DNA of 64,000 nt, from positions 32,001-96,000 of IMG/VR virus record IMGVR_UViG_3300036861_001106; one strand, given 5' to 3'. This DNA comes from a virus. A program made the translations under genes and the position numbers. This document shows, piece by piece, positions 37,552-46,510 of the stretch (position 1 is the first letter of the stretch; each line of letters begins with the position of its first letter). The notes under the pieces are model-generated. The model ran no database searches, was not told where the DNA came from, and saw nothing but the letters and a program-made list of their open reading frames with translations.

Positions 37552-38047
37552 TGATCTTGTCTTCCTGATCGCGGCTCTTCCGCTCGACCTTCTCGCGCAT
37601 CTCCCTCAAGTTTGCTCGCAATGACTTTAGCTCCTCATAGAGTTGGGGCAACCCCTGCAGCACGGGGTCGCTGATCTGTCGGGTCACGAATGGGACCATG
37701 AACGCAACTGCCACCCAGGAGGTCACCGCCGCAAGCAGGTTGATTGCCACCTGCAGCCGGTACGCTGGCCACCAGAACGAGGCGGCTCGCATCAGGTGGG
37801 TCAGTCCGGCGGTGAAGATGAAGATCACGAAGCTCTGGGTGATCCGCTTGTCGAGGACGAGGGCGAACCCGTTGCGCCGGGAGGCCGCCGCAAGGATCAT
37901 GATTGGAATGGCGAGGTAGACCGTCACGATGGAGAAGTTGCTGACGATCGTGGCGTCAGCCAACCGGTCGGTCCACCCCCCGCCTGCGGCGGGAGACTCA
38001 AACGGCGTGGCGTCGAACAGCCAGTGAACGAATCCTATCACTCCCAC
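37523..38047 (-). CDS. stand-alone ethylene-receptor-like 3-TM sensor domain
   Basis: SNFSI..VYLAIP, FIFTAGLTHLM, WWPAY, AAVTSW; no kinase domain. Confidence 0.75.
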   Translation of the reverse strand: MGVIGFVHWLFDATPFESPAAGGGWTDRLADATIVSNFSIVTVYLAIPIMILAAASRRNGFALVLDKRITQSFVIFIFTAGLTHLMRAASFWWPAYRLQVAINLLAAVTSWVAVAFMVPFVTRQISDPVLQGLPQLYEELKSLRANLREMREKVERKSRDQEDKINERGDTHGE

Positions 38048-38484
38048 GTCTCTCCCCTCCCGCCAGCTTGCACGACTGGCTCGATGAACGCCCAGAAGAA
38101 GCGGCGCTCGGTCCTCATTGCAACCCCCACTTGCAGGCGTACCGGGAGGTAGTGCCCACCTTGCGTGATTGCCGACAGCGTCAGCTCCTGTCCCACGATT
38201 GGTGCATGTCCCGTTCGCTGGTAGGTCTCGATGCCTCGCAGGTGGGCGGCTCGGTGCTCCGGTGGGATGATCGTGCTGGCCAGGGGGAGCCCAAGTGCCT
38301 CCGCGCGCGACCAGCCAAAGGTCGCCTCGGCGGCTGTGTTCCACTCAATGATGCGTCCCTCCGGGTTGATGGCGATGAAGGGTGTGGGGCAGTCGTCCAT
38401 GATTGCCCGAAACACGCTCAGCGGCAGCGTGGGAGGGATGATGGCGGGCGCTGGCTGTAGCAGCCGACGGAAGAAGTCGATCAT
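38038..38484 (-). CDS. stand-alone PAS domain protein
   Basis: I..EGRIIEWN.AAE..FGW...EALG..L..IIP. Confidence 0.9.
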   Translation of the reverse strand: MIDFFRRLLQPAPAIIPPTLPLSVFRAIMDDCPTPFIAINPEGRIIEWNTAAEATFGWSRAEALGLPLASTIIPPEHRAAHLRGIETYQRTGHAPIVGQELTLSAITQGGHYLPVRLQVGVAMRTERRFFWAFIEPVVQAGGRGETWE

Positions 38485-38840
38485 GGGTGACCTGCGTCCT
38501 CGCTGACCTTGGTCTTCATTGTCTCCTGAATCAACGCCTCCAGCTTTGCGATCCGCTCGTTGGCGATGTAGAGGTCAGTCTTGACGGCGCTGAGGTTGGA
38601 GTTCGTCAGCTCGTGGATCTTGTCCAGCTTCTCGTCGGAGCGCGCTGCAATCGCCTTCGTGGTGTCCTTCAGGTCCTGCACCTTCTCGTCGACGTTGTCA
38701 ACGGTGCGCGCGGTCACCGCCTGGAGCGTCTGGATCCGCGCGCTAGTCCTCCAGGCGGTCACGAGGTTGGTCAGCACGAGCCCAACCGCAGCGATGATGG
38801 TGAGAATCTCCTGACTGGTCATCGGGCACAGCACCTCCAA
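38481..38840 (-). CDS. N-terminal TM + coiled-coil protein
   Basis: one TM; KLDKIHELTNSNL. Confidence 0.6.
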   Translation of the reverse strand: MEVLCPMTSQEILTIIAAVGLVLTNLVTAWRTSARIQTLQAVTARTVDNVDEKVQDLKDTTKAIAARSDEKLDKIHELTNSNLSAVKTDLYIANERIAKLEALIQETMKTKVSEDAGHP

Positions 38841-38930
38841 ATTGGGCGTTAGCTGCTTCTTGCAGCTCGTTGTCCCCGGTGACGCATTCAGGCAGTCGCA
38901 ATGCGTCAGTAGCCGTCGTCGGGTTTGAAG

Positions 38931-40958
38931 TTACTCTCTTGTTCTCTCCTCCGCCTGCCTCTTCCAGTGCTCCATTCTGGCAACTGCGATCTCACAGTAC
39001 CTGGGGTCGCCCGGCGGCTCCCCCTGCTCGATGCCCAGGAAGCGGAACCCCTCCAGGACCGCCGCGCAGCCAATCGAGCCTGAGCCGCAGAATGGATCGA
39101 TGAGGAGCCCCCCTGGCGGGGTGATCAACTTGCACAACCATCTGCACAGCGCAATACTCTTTACAGTGGGATGGTTGTTCTTGACCTTGACCGGGGCCCA
39201 CCTAGGTTCAGCCTCCAAGCCCCCTGGATTGACGCGGTTCAGGATGGCATGGTCGAGTTCGTCGAGGCCCGCCTCTTTTTCGGAGCGGCTCGCCTTCGCC
39301 TGGTATTTCCACAGTATCGGGTCGATCTCGCCATCCCCATCGTTTCCACGGGTGGCGGCGGCAATGGCAAGCTGAACAGAGCCACACCACCGTCTCAACT
39401 TTTGAATAGTCGGAATGATGCCGATGCTCTCCAGGTCTTCCGCAATCGGTGCAAGGCTTTGGATCAGGATTTGCTCTTTGAGCGCGCAGATAGAATCCTG
39501 TCCAGGAATTAACCCCCGGCAAAGGTCTGGCTTTTTCTCGGCAATAGCTTGAGCAATAGTTGTTCCGCATCTCTCGCACAGGCTTGCCACAGACCAGACA
39601 TGATGGGCGATCTGTTCGGGAAGCGATGCCGGAGCACTTAGCAGAACAGAAGATTCGCTCGTTGGATTCATATTCCCAGAATCGCTTCCCGCACTGGCGA
39701 CAGAAATGCTCTCGCTTTGGTTTCTGACCTCGACTTCGGCAGGTTGATGTCTTTGAGCACGAGTTTGAACAGAAACGCCTGCTTGGTTTCGTTGGAGCAA
39801 AGAGGTTACCGCACCATTCACAGGGTCGCAACTTGTCGGTTGATGACATAAAAAGCACTTTCTCGCGTCTTGGAAGTTCGGAAAGAATCGCGAGGGCGAC
39901 TTGAGCAACTTGGACGCCTTGCAGCCGTCCTCATCCAGCTTGCGCACCGGGCAACCCGGCACACATGCCCAGAGGTCCACCACCTCCAGCCCCTCCGCGT
40001 CGCCGTAGCCCTCAAAGGTGTCGTGCCAGTCCTCGTGCTCCTTGTCGTCCTGATTGTAGAACGGGTTCTTCTTGCCTCCCTGAGTCACGGTCGTCGGGCA
40101 GCCCTTGACCTTCTGCGTGCCGACAAGCACACAGTGTTCGCTGTGGGTGAGCAAGAGATTCGGAGCGTGTCGACCCTTCTTCCCCCGGCGCGCCTGCACC
40201 TCCTCCGGCGGCATGTCGCGGATCTTGAAGGTGTCCTCGCCAAGGTAGCCGTTAGTCCGCCCATAGCTCCCTGTCTTGTGCCAGCCGGGGACATCGTCGC
40301 TGGTGCGACGCACCTCGCAGGCACCGACGTTCAGGGCACCCACACCCCACTTGAGCAGGTTGTCGGCGATTGACCCCTTGAAGGGCTTCTGAACCAACCA
40401 CCAGCACTCAACTGCGGGCTTGGTAGCGTTACCCCAGCCCAGCCACTGCTGACCCTCTTCGGAGGTGGGCTCCAGCACCTTGCTCTGCAGACGCTCACGG
40501 TCGGGGTTACTGGCGAAGGCGTTGCCCCTGATGTCCTGGTTGGTCCAGGGGCGCTCCCCTACCGCGACTGGCTCGGCACCAACCTTGCGATCCACGTCGA
40601 TGGCCACGTTGCGATTCTTGGGAAAGCCCTGACCGTGGATGTGGTAGATGCACTCCTGCACGAAGAAGCCAGCATCCTCCAGTGCCCAGGCAGTCCAGTG
40701 GCTAGTCCGGGGAAAGGCCCACACCAGGCCGTAGGCACCTGGCTTGAGCACCCGGTGTGCCTCCCGCATGACCTCGCTGAGCCATGCCACCCACTGATCT
40801 CGGCCGCCCTTGTTGCCGTCCCAGGCGCGCCCCATGAACGAGGCGCCCCCCGGGGGGTCGGTGCAGAGCGCATCGATGCTGCTGGAGGGCAGCTTCCGCA
40901 ACACCTCAAGAGAGTCACCGAGGATGACCTTGCCCCAGCTTCCCACGCGCCAGATCAT
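38931..40958 (-). CDS. DNA N6A/N4C methyltransferase (beta class) with ~185-aa insertion
   Basis: GDSLE.L, TDPP, GFPK, KPA.E, SRFF, KAS..E, NNHPTVK, DPFCGSGS. Confidence 0.85.
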   Translation of the reverse strand: MIWRVGSWGKVILGDSLEVLRKLPSSSIDALCTDPPGGASFMGRAWDGNKGGRDQWVAWLSEVMREAHRVLKPGAYGLVWAFPRTSHWTAWALEDAGFFVQECIYHIHGQGFPKNRNVAIDVDRKVGAEPVAVGERPWTNQDIRGNAFASNPDRERLQSKVLEPTSEEGQQWLGWGNATKPAVECWWLVQKPFKGSIADNLLKWGVGALNVGACEVRRTSDDVPGWHKTGSYGRTNGYLGEDTFKIRDMPPEEVQARRGKKGRHAPNLLLTHSEHCVLVGTQKVKGCPTTVTQGGKKNPFYNQDDKEHEDWHDTFEGYGDAEGLEVVDLWACVPGCPVRKLDEDGCKASKLLKSPSRFFPNFQDARKCFLCHQPTSCDPVNGAVTSLLQRNQAGVSVQTRAQRHQPAEVEVRNQSESISVASAGSDSGNMNPTSESSVLLSAPASLPEQIAHHVWSVASLCERCGTTIAQAIAEKKPDLCRGLIPGQDSICALKEQILIQSLAPIAEDLESIGIIPTIQKLRRWCGSVQLAIAAATRGNDGDGEIDPILWKYQAKASRSEKEAGLDELDHAILNRVNPGGLEAEPRWAPVKVKNNHPTVKSIALCRWLCKLITPPGGLLIDPFCGSGSIGCAAVLEGFRFLGIEQGEPPGDPRYCEIAVARMEHWKRQAEERTRE
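39208..39849 (-). CDS. Zn-finger HNH endonuclease nested in the methyltransferase, -1 frame
   Basis: three CxxCG..CSxxC units, then CTDCG..RHHSDYSK..WLCSACHCRRH. Confidence 0.8.
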   Translation of the reverse strand: MSSTDKLRPCEWCGNLFAPTKPSRRFCSNSCSKTSTCRSRGQKPKREHFCRQCGKRFWEYESNERIFCSAKCSGIASRTDRPSCLVCGKPVREMRNNYCSSYCREKARPLPGVNSWTGFYLRAQRANPDPKPCTDCGRPGEHRHHSDYSKVETVVWLCSACHCRRHPWKRWGWRDRPDTVEIPGEGEPLRKRGGPRRTRPCHPEPRQSRGLGG

Positions 40959-41170
40959 CGTCCCCCCTCCGTCGGCAGCGGCGCGGGGCCTGGCGCGTTG
41001 GCCGGGCCGTTGGGCACGAGCACGGTGGGCGGGGCCGGCGCAGCCACGAACGGCAGGTACACGCCGACGTAGAGGATCACGAACAGGATGAGGATGACGA
41101 GGACGAGCACCTCAAACACCCGCAGGTGCCACCACTCACCGTTGTCACTCCCAGCCACCCAGCGTGGCAT
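40955..41170 (-). CDS. small membrane protein
   Basis: one TM, Pro-rich tail. Confidence 0.5.
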   Translation of the reverse strand: MPRWVAGSDNGEWWHLRVFEVLVLVILILFVILYVGVYLPFVAAPAPPTVLVPNGPANAPGPAPLPTEGGR

Positions 41171-41331
41171 TATTTTTCCCCCTCCTCCTTCTCGTCCCCC
41201 CACACACCCCAGTCCTGCAGCAGCTCGCGCGCCAGGACGGCCACGAAGGCCACCACCAGCAGGAAGGCTGCCCCCAGGATGATGTTGGCGGTGGTCAGGT
41301 GCCCCGCGAGCCACGTGAGTGCGAGTTCCAT
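41170..41331 (-). CDS. small membrane protein (53 aa, leaderless, not in ORF track)
   Basis: MELALTWLAGH..; ATG 6 nt after a -10 box. Confidence 0.55.
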   Translation of the reverse strand: MELALTWLAGHLTTANIILGAAFLLVVAFVAVLARELLQDWGVWGDEKEEGEK

Positions 41332-41337
41332 GGCTTG

Positions 41338-41366
41338 ATTCTACCGGGGAGATACGTCCTTGTCAA
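41338..41366 (-). promoter_or_regulatory. sigma70-type leaderless promoter
   Basis: TTGACA-17-TAGAAT-6 nt-ATG. Confidence 0.7.
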
Positions 41367-41413
41367 CTACCTGCGCCTGAAGAGGCACGGAGCAGCAGCC
41401 CCGTGCCTCCAGG

Positions 41414-41728
41414 TCAGGGGACAGGCGGGGTTGGCGGCAGCGCCGCCTCCAGCTTGTCAGCAGCGGCCGTCAGGTCGCCCATGACAGCCTGCAGCGCAGC
41501 CACCTGCGGGGTGAAGTCGCCACCCCCACCGTCACCAGCCTGCAGCGCAGCCACGACGGCGTCGACGTCGGTGCCGACGCGCGTGACGGCCGCCTGCACG
41601 TCGCTGATGGCAGCAGCAAGGTCAGCCAGGGTTGCCATTAGTTTCTCACCTCCCAGCCGGGCCAGCGTGGCCTCGTAAAACGCGGCGAACGCAAGCGCCG
41701 CAGTCAGCAGCAGGACGAACAGTTCCAT
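41414..41728 (-). CDS. hypothetical helical protein
   Basis: ORF with GC3 bias. Confidence 0.5.
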   Translation of the reverse strand: MELFVLLLTAALAFAAFYEATLARLGGEKLMATLADLAAAISDVQAAVTRVGTDVDAVVAALQAGDGGGGDFTPQVAALQAVMGDLTAAADKLEAALPPTPPVP

Positions 41729-41920
41729 CAGAGGAACACGAACAGGAGTGTCGCGATGAGGCCGACGATGCCGAGCACGATCGCCGGGATCACCATCCCC
41801 AGAAAGTGTAGGCTGAGCAGCCCGGTGAAGACCCCCATGGCGACTTTGCCAATGCTCATCTCTCTCACCTCCCTGAATCTCGGGTTTCTGAAGTTCATAG
41901 GCGTGGGCAGTGTCTAGGGA

Positions 41921-42226
41921 CTAAAAATCGTCTGCGTGTGCCGTAGCGCCTCCCACACGCGCTTCGTTGACGTTCCGTAAGCCCTTCGGCTGTTCAATCA
42001 GACGATTGCGCTCCCAAACCTTGGGAAGTCCTCGGCGTTCGAGGTGGTGAATCACGTAGACTTCCTCACCACTCTCCGTAGCTTCGGCGAGGGTGCAGCT
42101 CTTGCAGCGGTGCTGCACGCTCTTGCCAGTAGCTCGCTTCTTGGGCGCGTAGGTGATGAAGACCAGCCGCTTGTCTCGGCAGGCAGGGCACACCTTCTCC
42201 TGGCGCTCGTAGTTCGCGATCGTCAC
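41921..42226 (-). CDS. Zn-ribbon hypothetical protein
   Basis: CPAC..CKSC. Confidence 0.5.
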   Translation of the reverse strand: MTIANYERQEKVCPACRDKRLVFITYAPKKRATGKSVQHRCKSCTLAEATESGEEVYVIHHLERRGLPKVWERNRLIEQPKGLRNVNEARVGGATAHADDF

Positions 42227-45200
42227 TGCCCGTCCTCCGAATCAATCATATCAGTTTTCAAGTCCGGCTTCCACGCCCTCCACCGCCGCAGCCGCCGCGC
42301 CTCCTGCGCGTAGAGGCGCCCGTCCGGCGCCTGCCAGCACCGCACGAGCCACGTGTTGCCCAGCCCCAGCCCCGGGCCATCGAGCAGCCTGGCCGTTTGG
42401 TGCCGCTTCCAGGCCTTGGCGCTGAAGCCCACGTCGACGCTGCCGCTCTCGTCCGTCAGGGTGCAGCGCAGCTTGAGCCGGGGCTCCCCTGGCGCCGGTG
42501 GTTGGCTGCCGTACTTCTTCGCCTGCACCGCCAGGTCGATCAGGCTGCGCTCCGTCACGCGGCCCAACACCGTCACGCTGTCGTCGCGCACCTCCCGCCA
42601 CCGGATCGGCTGCAGGCCAAGCTGCTCACGGTACGCCCGCTCCGGCGGGGTGAGGGGGCGCAACGGGTACCAGCAGGCGAGGTGCTGCAGCACGTCACTG
42701 TCCAGCCCGGCCGGCGTCACCACCGCTGCCAGGGGCTCGCGCACGGTCTTGGGCAGCGCCGCCAGCAGCTCCTGCCAGCCCCGCGGGGCCAGCCGCAGGA
42801 CCTTGGCCGCGGACTTCGCGGCGCACCCCCGGAGGCTCACGAGCCCCCCGCGCACGCGCCAGGGGTCCACCGGGTCGTGGGTGAAGTCGGCGGCGGGGTC
42901 GGTGGGGTTGAGGAGGCTGACCCGCCCCCCGCGCTCCAGGAACTCGCGCAGCAGGGCGAACCGGCGCTCGTCGGGGTCCAGGTTGCCGACGTGGCGGCAC
43001 AGGGCAGCGGTGAAGAGCCCGGGGTGGTGCACCTTGAGGTAGCCCGTCCAGGCACCTAGGTAGGCGTACTGGCAAGCGTGCGCCTCGCAGAAGAGATAAT
43101 TGGCAGCCTTCTTCACCTGAAGGAACGCCTCAATGACCTGCGCCACCGGCACGCCAGCCTGGTACCAGCCGAGACCGAGGGGCTTGCGGTACGCCTCAAT
43201 GGCGTCTGCCCCACCGCTCTTGCTGGCCAGCTTGCGGATCTTGTGGACGTCCTCGATCGGCAGCCCGGCGAGCTGGGCCAGGGCCATCGCCTGTTCCTGA
43301 TAGACGACCGTGCCGTAGGTCAGGCCCAGGATCGCCTGCAGCTCAGGGATCAGCGTCGGCATCTCCTCGCGCCCCCACTTGCGCGCCACGAAGCGCTTGA
43401 CCCCGCCGGACTGCAGGGGGCCCGGGCGCGCCAGTGCGGACACGGCAGTGAACTCCTCGAAGTTGGCGGGCTGCAGCTCCCGCAGGATGTTGCCGGCGGC
43501 GCGTCCCTGGAGTTGGAAGATCCCCAGGTTCTGCCCCTGCGCCAGCATTGCCAGCACCGCCGGGTCCTCCAGCGGCAGGGCGTAGAGCCACTCGGGGGAC
43601 TTGCCCAGGGCCTGCAGTGTCTCCGCCACTGCGGTCAGGGTGCGACTGCCGAGGAGGTCGATCTTCAGCAGCCCCTGCGCGGCGGCGGTCGCCATGTCCA
43701 CCTGCGCCGTGCGCTCCTTCCCCGGGCGTGCTCCCACCGCCACGACCTCCGCCAGCGGGCGGTCGTCCAGGAGAGCCCCCCCGGCGTGGACGCTGAACTG
43801 CCGCACCTGCCCCTCCAGTTGGGCGGCGATGGCGAGCTGCGGGCAGTAGGTCAGCAGCTTCTGGGCCTTCTCGCTGGTCTCGAAGAGCCGCGCCAGCACC
43901 CCGTAGTCGTGGAGCCCCGCGCCCTGATCCTCCCCCTCCGGCACCAGCGTGGCGGCGTGGTGCATGACCTTCTCCGGCAGGTCGTAGGCCTTGCCCACGT
44001 CCAGCAGGGCCTGCCGGGCGCCGAAGCGTGAGAGGGTCGCCACGTGCGCCACGTGCGCCACGCCGTACTTGGCTTCGAGATACTCGAAGGCTTCATGCCG
44101 GCGGTCGTGCTGGAGATCCAGGTCAATATCAGGCAAGTCAGCCCTTGTTTGGTCTAGGAACCTCTCGAAAGGCAGGTTGTGCTTGATCGGGTCCACCACC
44201 GTGACGCCGAGGCAGTGGAGGAGGAGGGACCCACCGGCGCTGCCGCGGGGGACGATGAGGATGTGGCGGGCCCGCATCTCCCGCACGAGGTCAGCCACGA
44301 CGAGGAAGTAGTCAGCGAATTGCTTCTCACAGACCACCGTCAGCTCCCGCTCCAGGCGCTGGTGGTAGGTGCCAACGACGGCGAGGCTCTTGTCCTCGGT
44401 GATCCTCTTCAAGCCCTGCCAGGCCAGCTTCCGCAGCATCTCCACCGCCGACCCGAACCCTGCGGGCACCGTGAACCGAACCCCCGATCCCTTCGGGCAC
44501 TCCGCCACGCACCGCTCCGCCAGCGCCACGCTGCGCTCGATCGCCGCCACCAACTCGATGGTGGGGACGCCGGGCAGCACCGCCTGGCAGCGCGCGAGGA
44601 TCTCTTCACCGCTGCATCTATGGTGGTAGGTTGGCAGCTTCACGCTGCGGTGGGGGTCGTTGACGCGCTGGCCGAGGTTCACCGCCAGGAGGGTGTCCTG
44701 GGCCGCCATGTCCTCCGGGCGCGGGGCGTGGGCGTCGCTGGTGACCACCAGCGGGATCTCAAGCTGCCGCGCCAGCCGCCACAGCACCGGGCAGGCAGCC
44801 TCGCTGATGCCGAGCCCGGGGCAGGGGATGATCTCCACCAGGAAGTGCTCGACGTGCGCCTGCATCCAGGCGAGCCACGCCGCTGCCTCGTCCACCCGGC
44901 CAAGGTTGATGAGCTGCGAGGGGTGCCCGATCACGCAGCCGGAGAGGACGAGCATGTCCCGCTCGCAGTGGCGGGCCAGCATCTGCCGGTCAACCAGCGG
45001 CTTGCGGTGGTAGTGCGTGAACGACTCGCTGACGAGCGCCAGCAGGTTGCGGTACCCCACCTGGGTCTGGGGGATGAGGGTGAGGTGCGCCCGCTTCAGG
45101 GCCTCCTGCTCCCCCTTGCGCCGGTCGCCGCCCTTGTCCTGGCCGAGCAGGGTCACGTCCTCGACGTAGTAGGCCTCTACGCCGAGGAGTGGGCGCAGAC

Positions 45201-45372
45201 CGGCCTTCGTGGCCTCCTGCTGGAAGTCGTGGTGCCCCGCAATCGTTCCGTGATCGCAGCAGGCGACGTGTGACTGCTGTAGCTCCAGCACGCGGGCAGC
45301 ATGCTGGCTTGGAGTTCCAAACCCATCAAGCGCAGAGTAGGTTGAGTGGCAGTGGCAGTCAACGAATCTCAT
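42223..45372 (-). CDS. dnaE: DNA polymerase III alpha subunit (family C)
   Basis: HCHSTYSALDG PHP domain, DHG, RGSAGGS, PDIDLD, HAGG, KIDLLG, RPGP. Confidence 0.95.
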   Translation of the reverse strand: MRFVDCHCHSTYSALDGFGTPSQHAARVLELQQSHVACCDHGTIAGHHDFQQEATKAGLRPLLGVEAYYVEDVTLLGQDKGGDRRKGEQEALKRAHLTLIPQTQVGYRNLLALVSESFTHYHRKPLVDRQMLARHCERDMLVLSGCVIGHPSQLINLGRVDEAAAWLAWMQAHVEHFLVEIIPCPGLGISEAACPVLWRLARQLEIPLVVTSDAHAPRPEDMAAQDTLLAVNLGQRVNDPHRSVKLPTYHHRCSGEEILARCQAVLPGVPTIELVAAIERSVALAERCVAECPKGSGVRFTVPAGFGSAVEMLRKLAWQGLKRITEDKSLAVVGTYHQRLERELTVVCEKQFADYFLVVADLVREMRARHILIVPRGSAGGSLLLHCLGVTVVDPIKHNLPFERFLDQTRADLPDIDLDLQHDRRHEAFEYLEAKYGVAHVAHVATLSRFGARQALLDVGKAYDLPEKVMHHAATLVPEGEDQGAGLHDYGVLARLFETSEKAQKLLTYCPQLAIAAQLEGQVRQFSVHAGGALLDDRPLAEVVAVGARPGKERTAQVDMATAAAQGLLKIDLLGSRTLTAVAETLQALGKSPEWLYALPLEDPAVLAMLAQGQNLGIFQLQGRAAGNILRELQPANFEEFTAVSALARPGPLQSGGVKRFVARKWGREEMPTLIPELQAILGLTYGTVVYQEQAMALAQLAGLPIEDVHKIRKLASKSGGADAIEAYRKPLGLGWYQAGVPVAQVIEAFLQVKKAANYLFCEAHACQYAYLGAWTGYLKVHHPGLFTAALCRHVGNLDPDERRFALLREFLERGGRVSLLNPTDPAADFTHDPVDPWRVRGGLVSLRGCAAKSAAKVLRLAPRGWQELLAALPKTVREPLAAVVTPAGLDSDVLQHLACWYPLRPLTPPERAYREQLGLQPIRWREVRDDSVTVLGRVTERSLIDLAVQAKKYGSQPPAPGEPRLKLRCTLTDESGSVDVGFSAKAWKRHQTARLLDGPGLGLGNTWLVRCWQAPDGRLYAQEARRLRRWRAWKPDLKTDMIDSEDGQ

Positions 45373-45782
45373 CGGTGCCGGACTCCCCACTCACGCTCGA
45401 AGAGGCGACGGATGCGCGGGGACTGCAGGTCAGCGAAGGACCAGACCCTGCGGTGGCAGTAGTTGCAGCGCACTGGCATCTCCTCCTCGGGGACCTGCAC
45501 CATGCCCTCGAACTCGGGGTAGAACGGCAGTGCGCCCATCTTTCGGCACGGGTCGCAGCGCCCATCTACCATGGGGCTCTCTTCAAAGCACCGCGCGCAG
45601 GTGAAATCCTCGTCCTCGTCCAGCTCGCAGTCACACCGTTCGCAGTGCGTGTTGGCGTAGCGCGTCTCGTCGAGGGGCTCGTGACAGCTATCGCAGAGGC
45701 AGACGCCGCCTGGACCTGTGATTCGTGCCTGGTGGCAGCACTCGCAGATGATGGAGCCATCGGTCAGCCGGTCAGCGATCAT
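45369..45782 (-). CDS. Cys-rich Zn-finger protein
   Basis: multiple CxxC. Confidence 0.55.
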   Translation of the reverse strand: MIADRLTDGSIICECCHQARITGPGGVCLCDSCHEPLDETRYANTHCERCDCELDEDEDFTCARCFEESPMVDGRCDPCRKMGALPFYPEFEGMVQVPEEEMPVRCNYCHRRVWSFADLQSPRIRRLFEREWGVRHR

Positions 45783-45794
45783 CCGAGTTCTCCT

Positions 45795-46211
45795 CTAACG
45801 CCGATGTTCGTTGCAAAACGGTGACCGTTGGTGTTCCGCAATGTCACTGGTGAGGTAACCACAGATGGGGCAACGCAACATCGGCAGTGCAGGTTCGCCG
45901 CTGACCTCATCGGGTGGAATCTCCATCTCATCGACTGCGGGGATCTCCGCCGCGATGGCAGTTGCCTGAGCAGCCAGGTGTAGAAGCTGCATCTTGGCCA
46001 GATCTAGACGTGCCTGGACGATGTCTCGGCGTTCCTCCTCAAGCTGCCACCTTTCCCGTTTCCCTGTGGCCACGTCCTCGGTGACCTCGGCTAGTCCCTC
46101 CCACCTGGACCGCAGGTACCAGCGCTGCCATCGGACGTGCTGTGCCAGCTCCTGCTCCTGCTGATGGGCGCGCTCGCGCTTCGTCATCTTGATCCGCTTG
46201 TCTGACATCAC
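45795..46211 (-). CDS. hypothetical protein
   Basis: coupled ORF, C-terminal CPIC. Confidence 0.5.
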   Translation of the reverse strand: MMSDKRIKMTKRERAHQQEQELAQHVRWQRWYLRSRWEGLAEVTEDVATGKRERWQLEEERRDIVQARLDLAKMQLLHLAAQATAIAAEIPAVDEMEIPPDEVSGEPALPMLRCPICGYLTSDIAEHQRSPFCNEHRR

Positions 46212-46426
46212 ATTCCCTCCAGTTCGGTAATCAGGAACTCATCGCCTGCCTCTCTCGCCTCTCGCAGGGCCAGCGCCCACTCGTTGCCAGCCTCGTAGGC
46301 GTCCAGCATCCCGTCGTGCTGCGCCTGGGTGAGGTGCCCCCACTCTAGGTTTCGTCGGAGGTGCCTAAGCATCGCCTCCCGTTGCCATTTCTGAGACCGG
46401 AGTCGCTTCGCTCTCTCTCGCGTCAT
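46208..46426 (-). CDS. hypothetical protein
   Basis: AGGAGG RBS. Confidence 0.5.
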   Translation of the reverse strand: MTRERAKRLRSQKWQREAMLRHLRRNLEWGHLTQAQHDGMLDAYEAGNEWALALREAREAGDEFLITELEGM

Positions 46427-46510
46427 GATCTTAATCCTCCTGCCTGCTTCGCAAGCAACCGTAATGCCAAATCCTCACACGGCACACAACGATAACTATA
46501 ACTTTCTTAG

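Noticed and set aside
39310-39870. Intein or group I intron in the methyltransferase
   Set aside because: A CF dipeptide is present but there are no intein blocks or terminal HN, and no P/Q/R/S elements
41362-41410. GTCAACTACC..CCTGAAG resembles an IscB/IS200-605 end
   Set aside because: Explained by the reverse -35 box plus a hairpin after the upstream gene; no omegaRNA body follows
42223-45372. Inteins in DnaE, TerL or the helicases
   Set aside because: Normal lengths and no splice motifs
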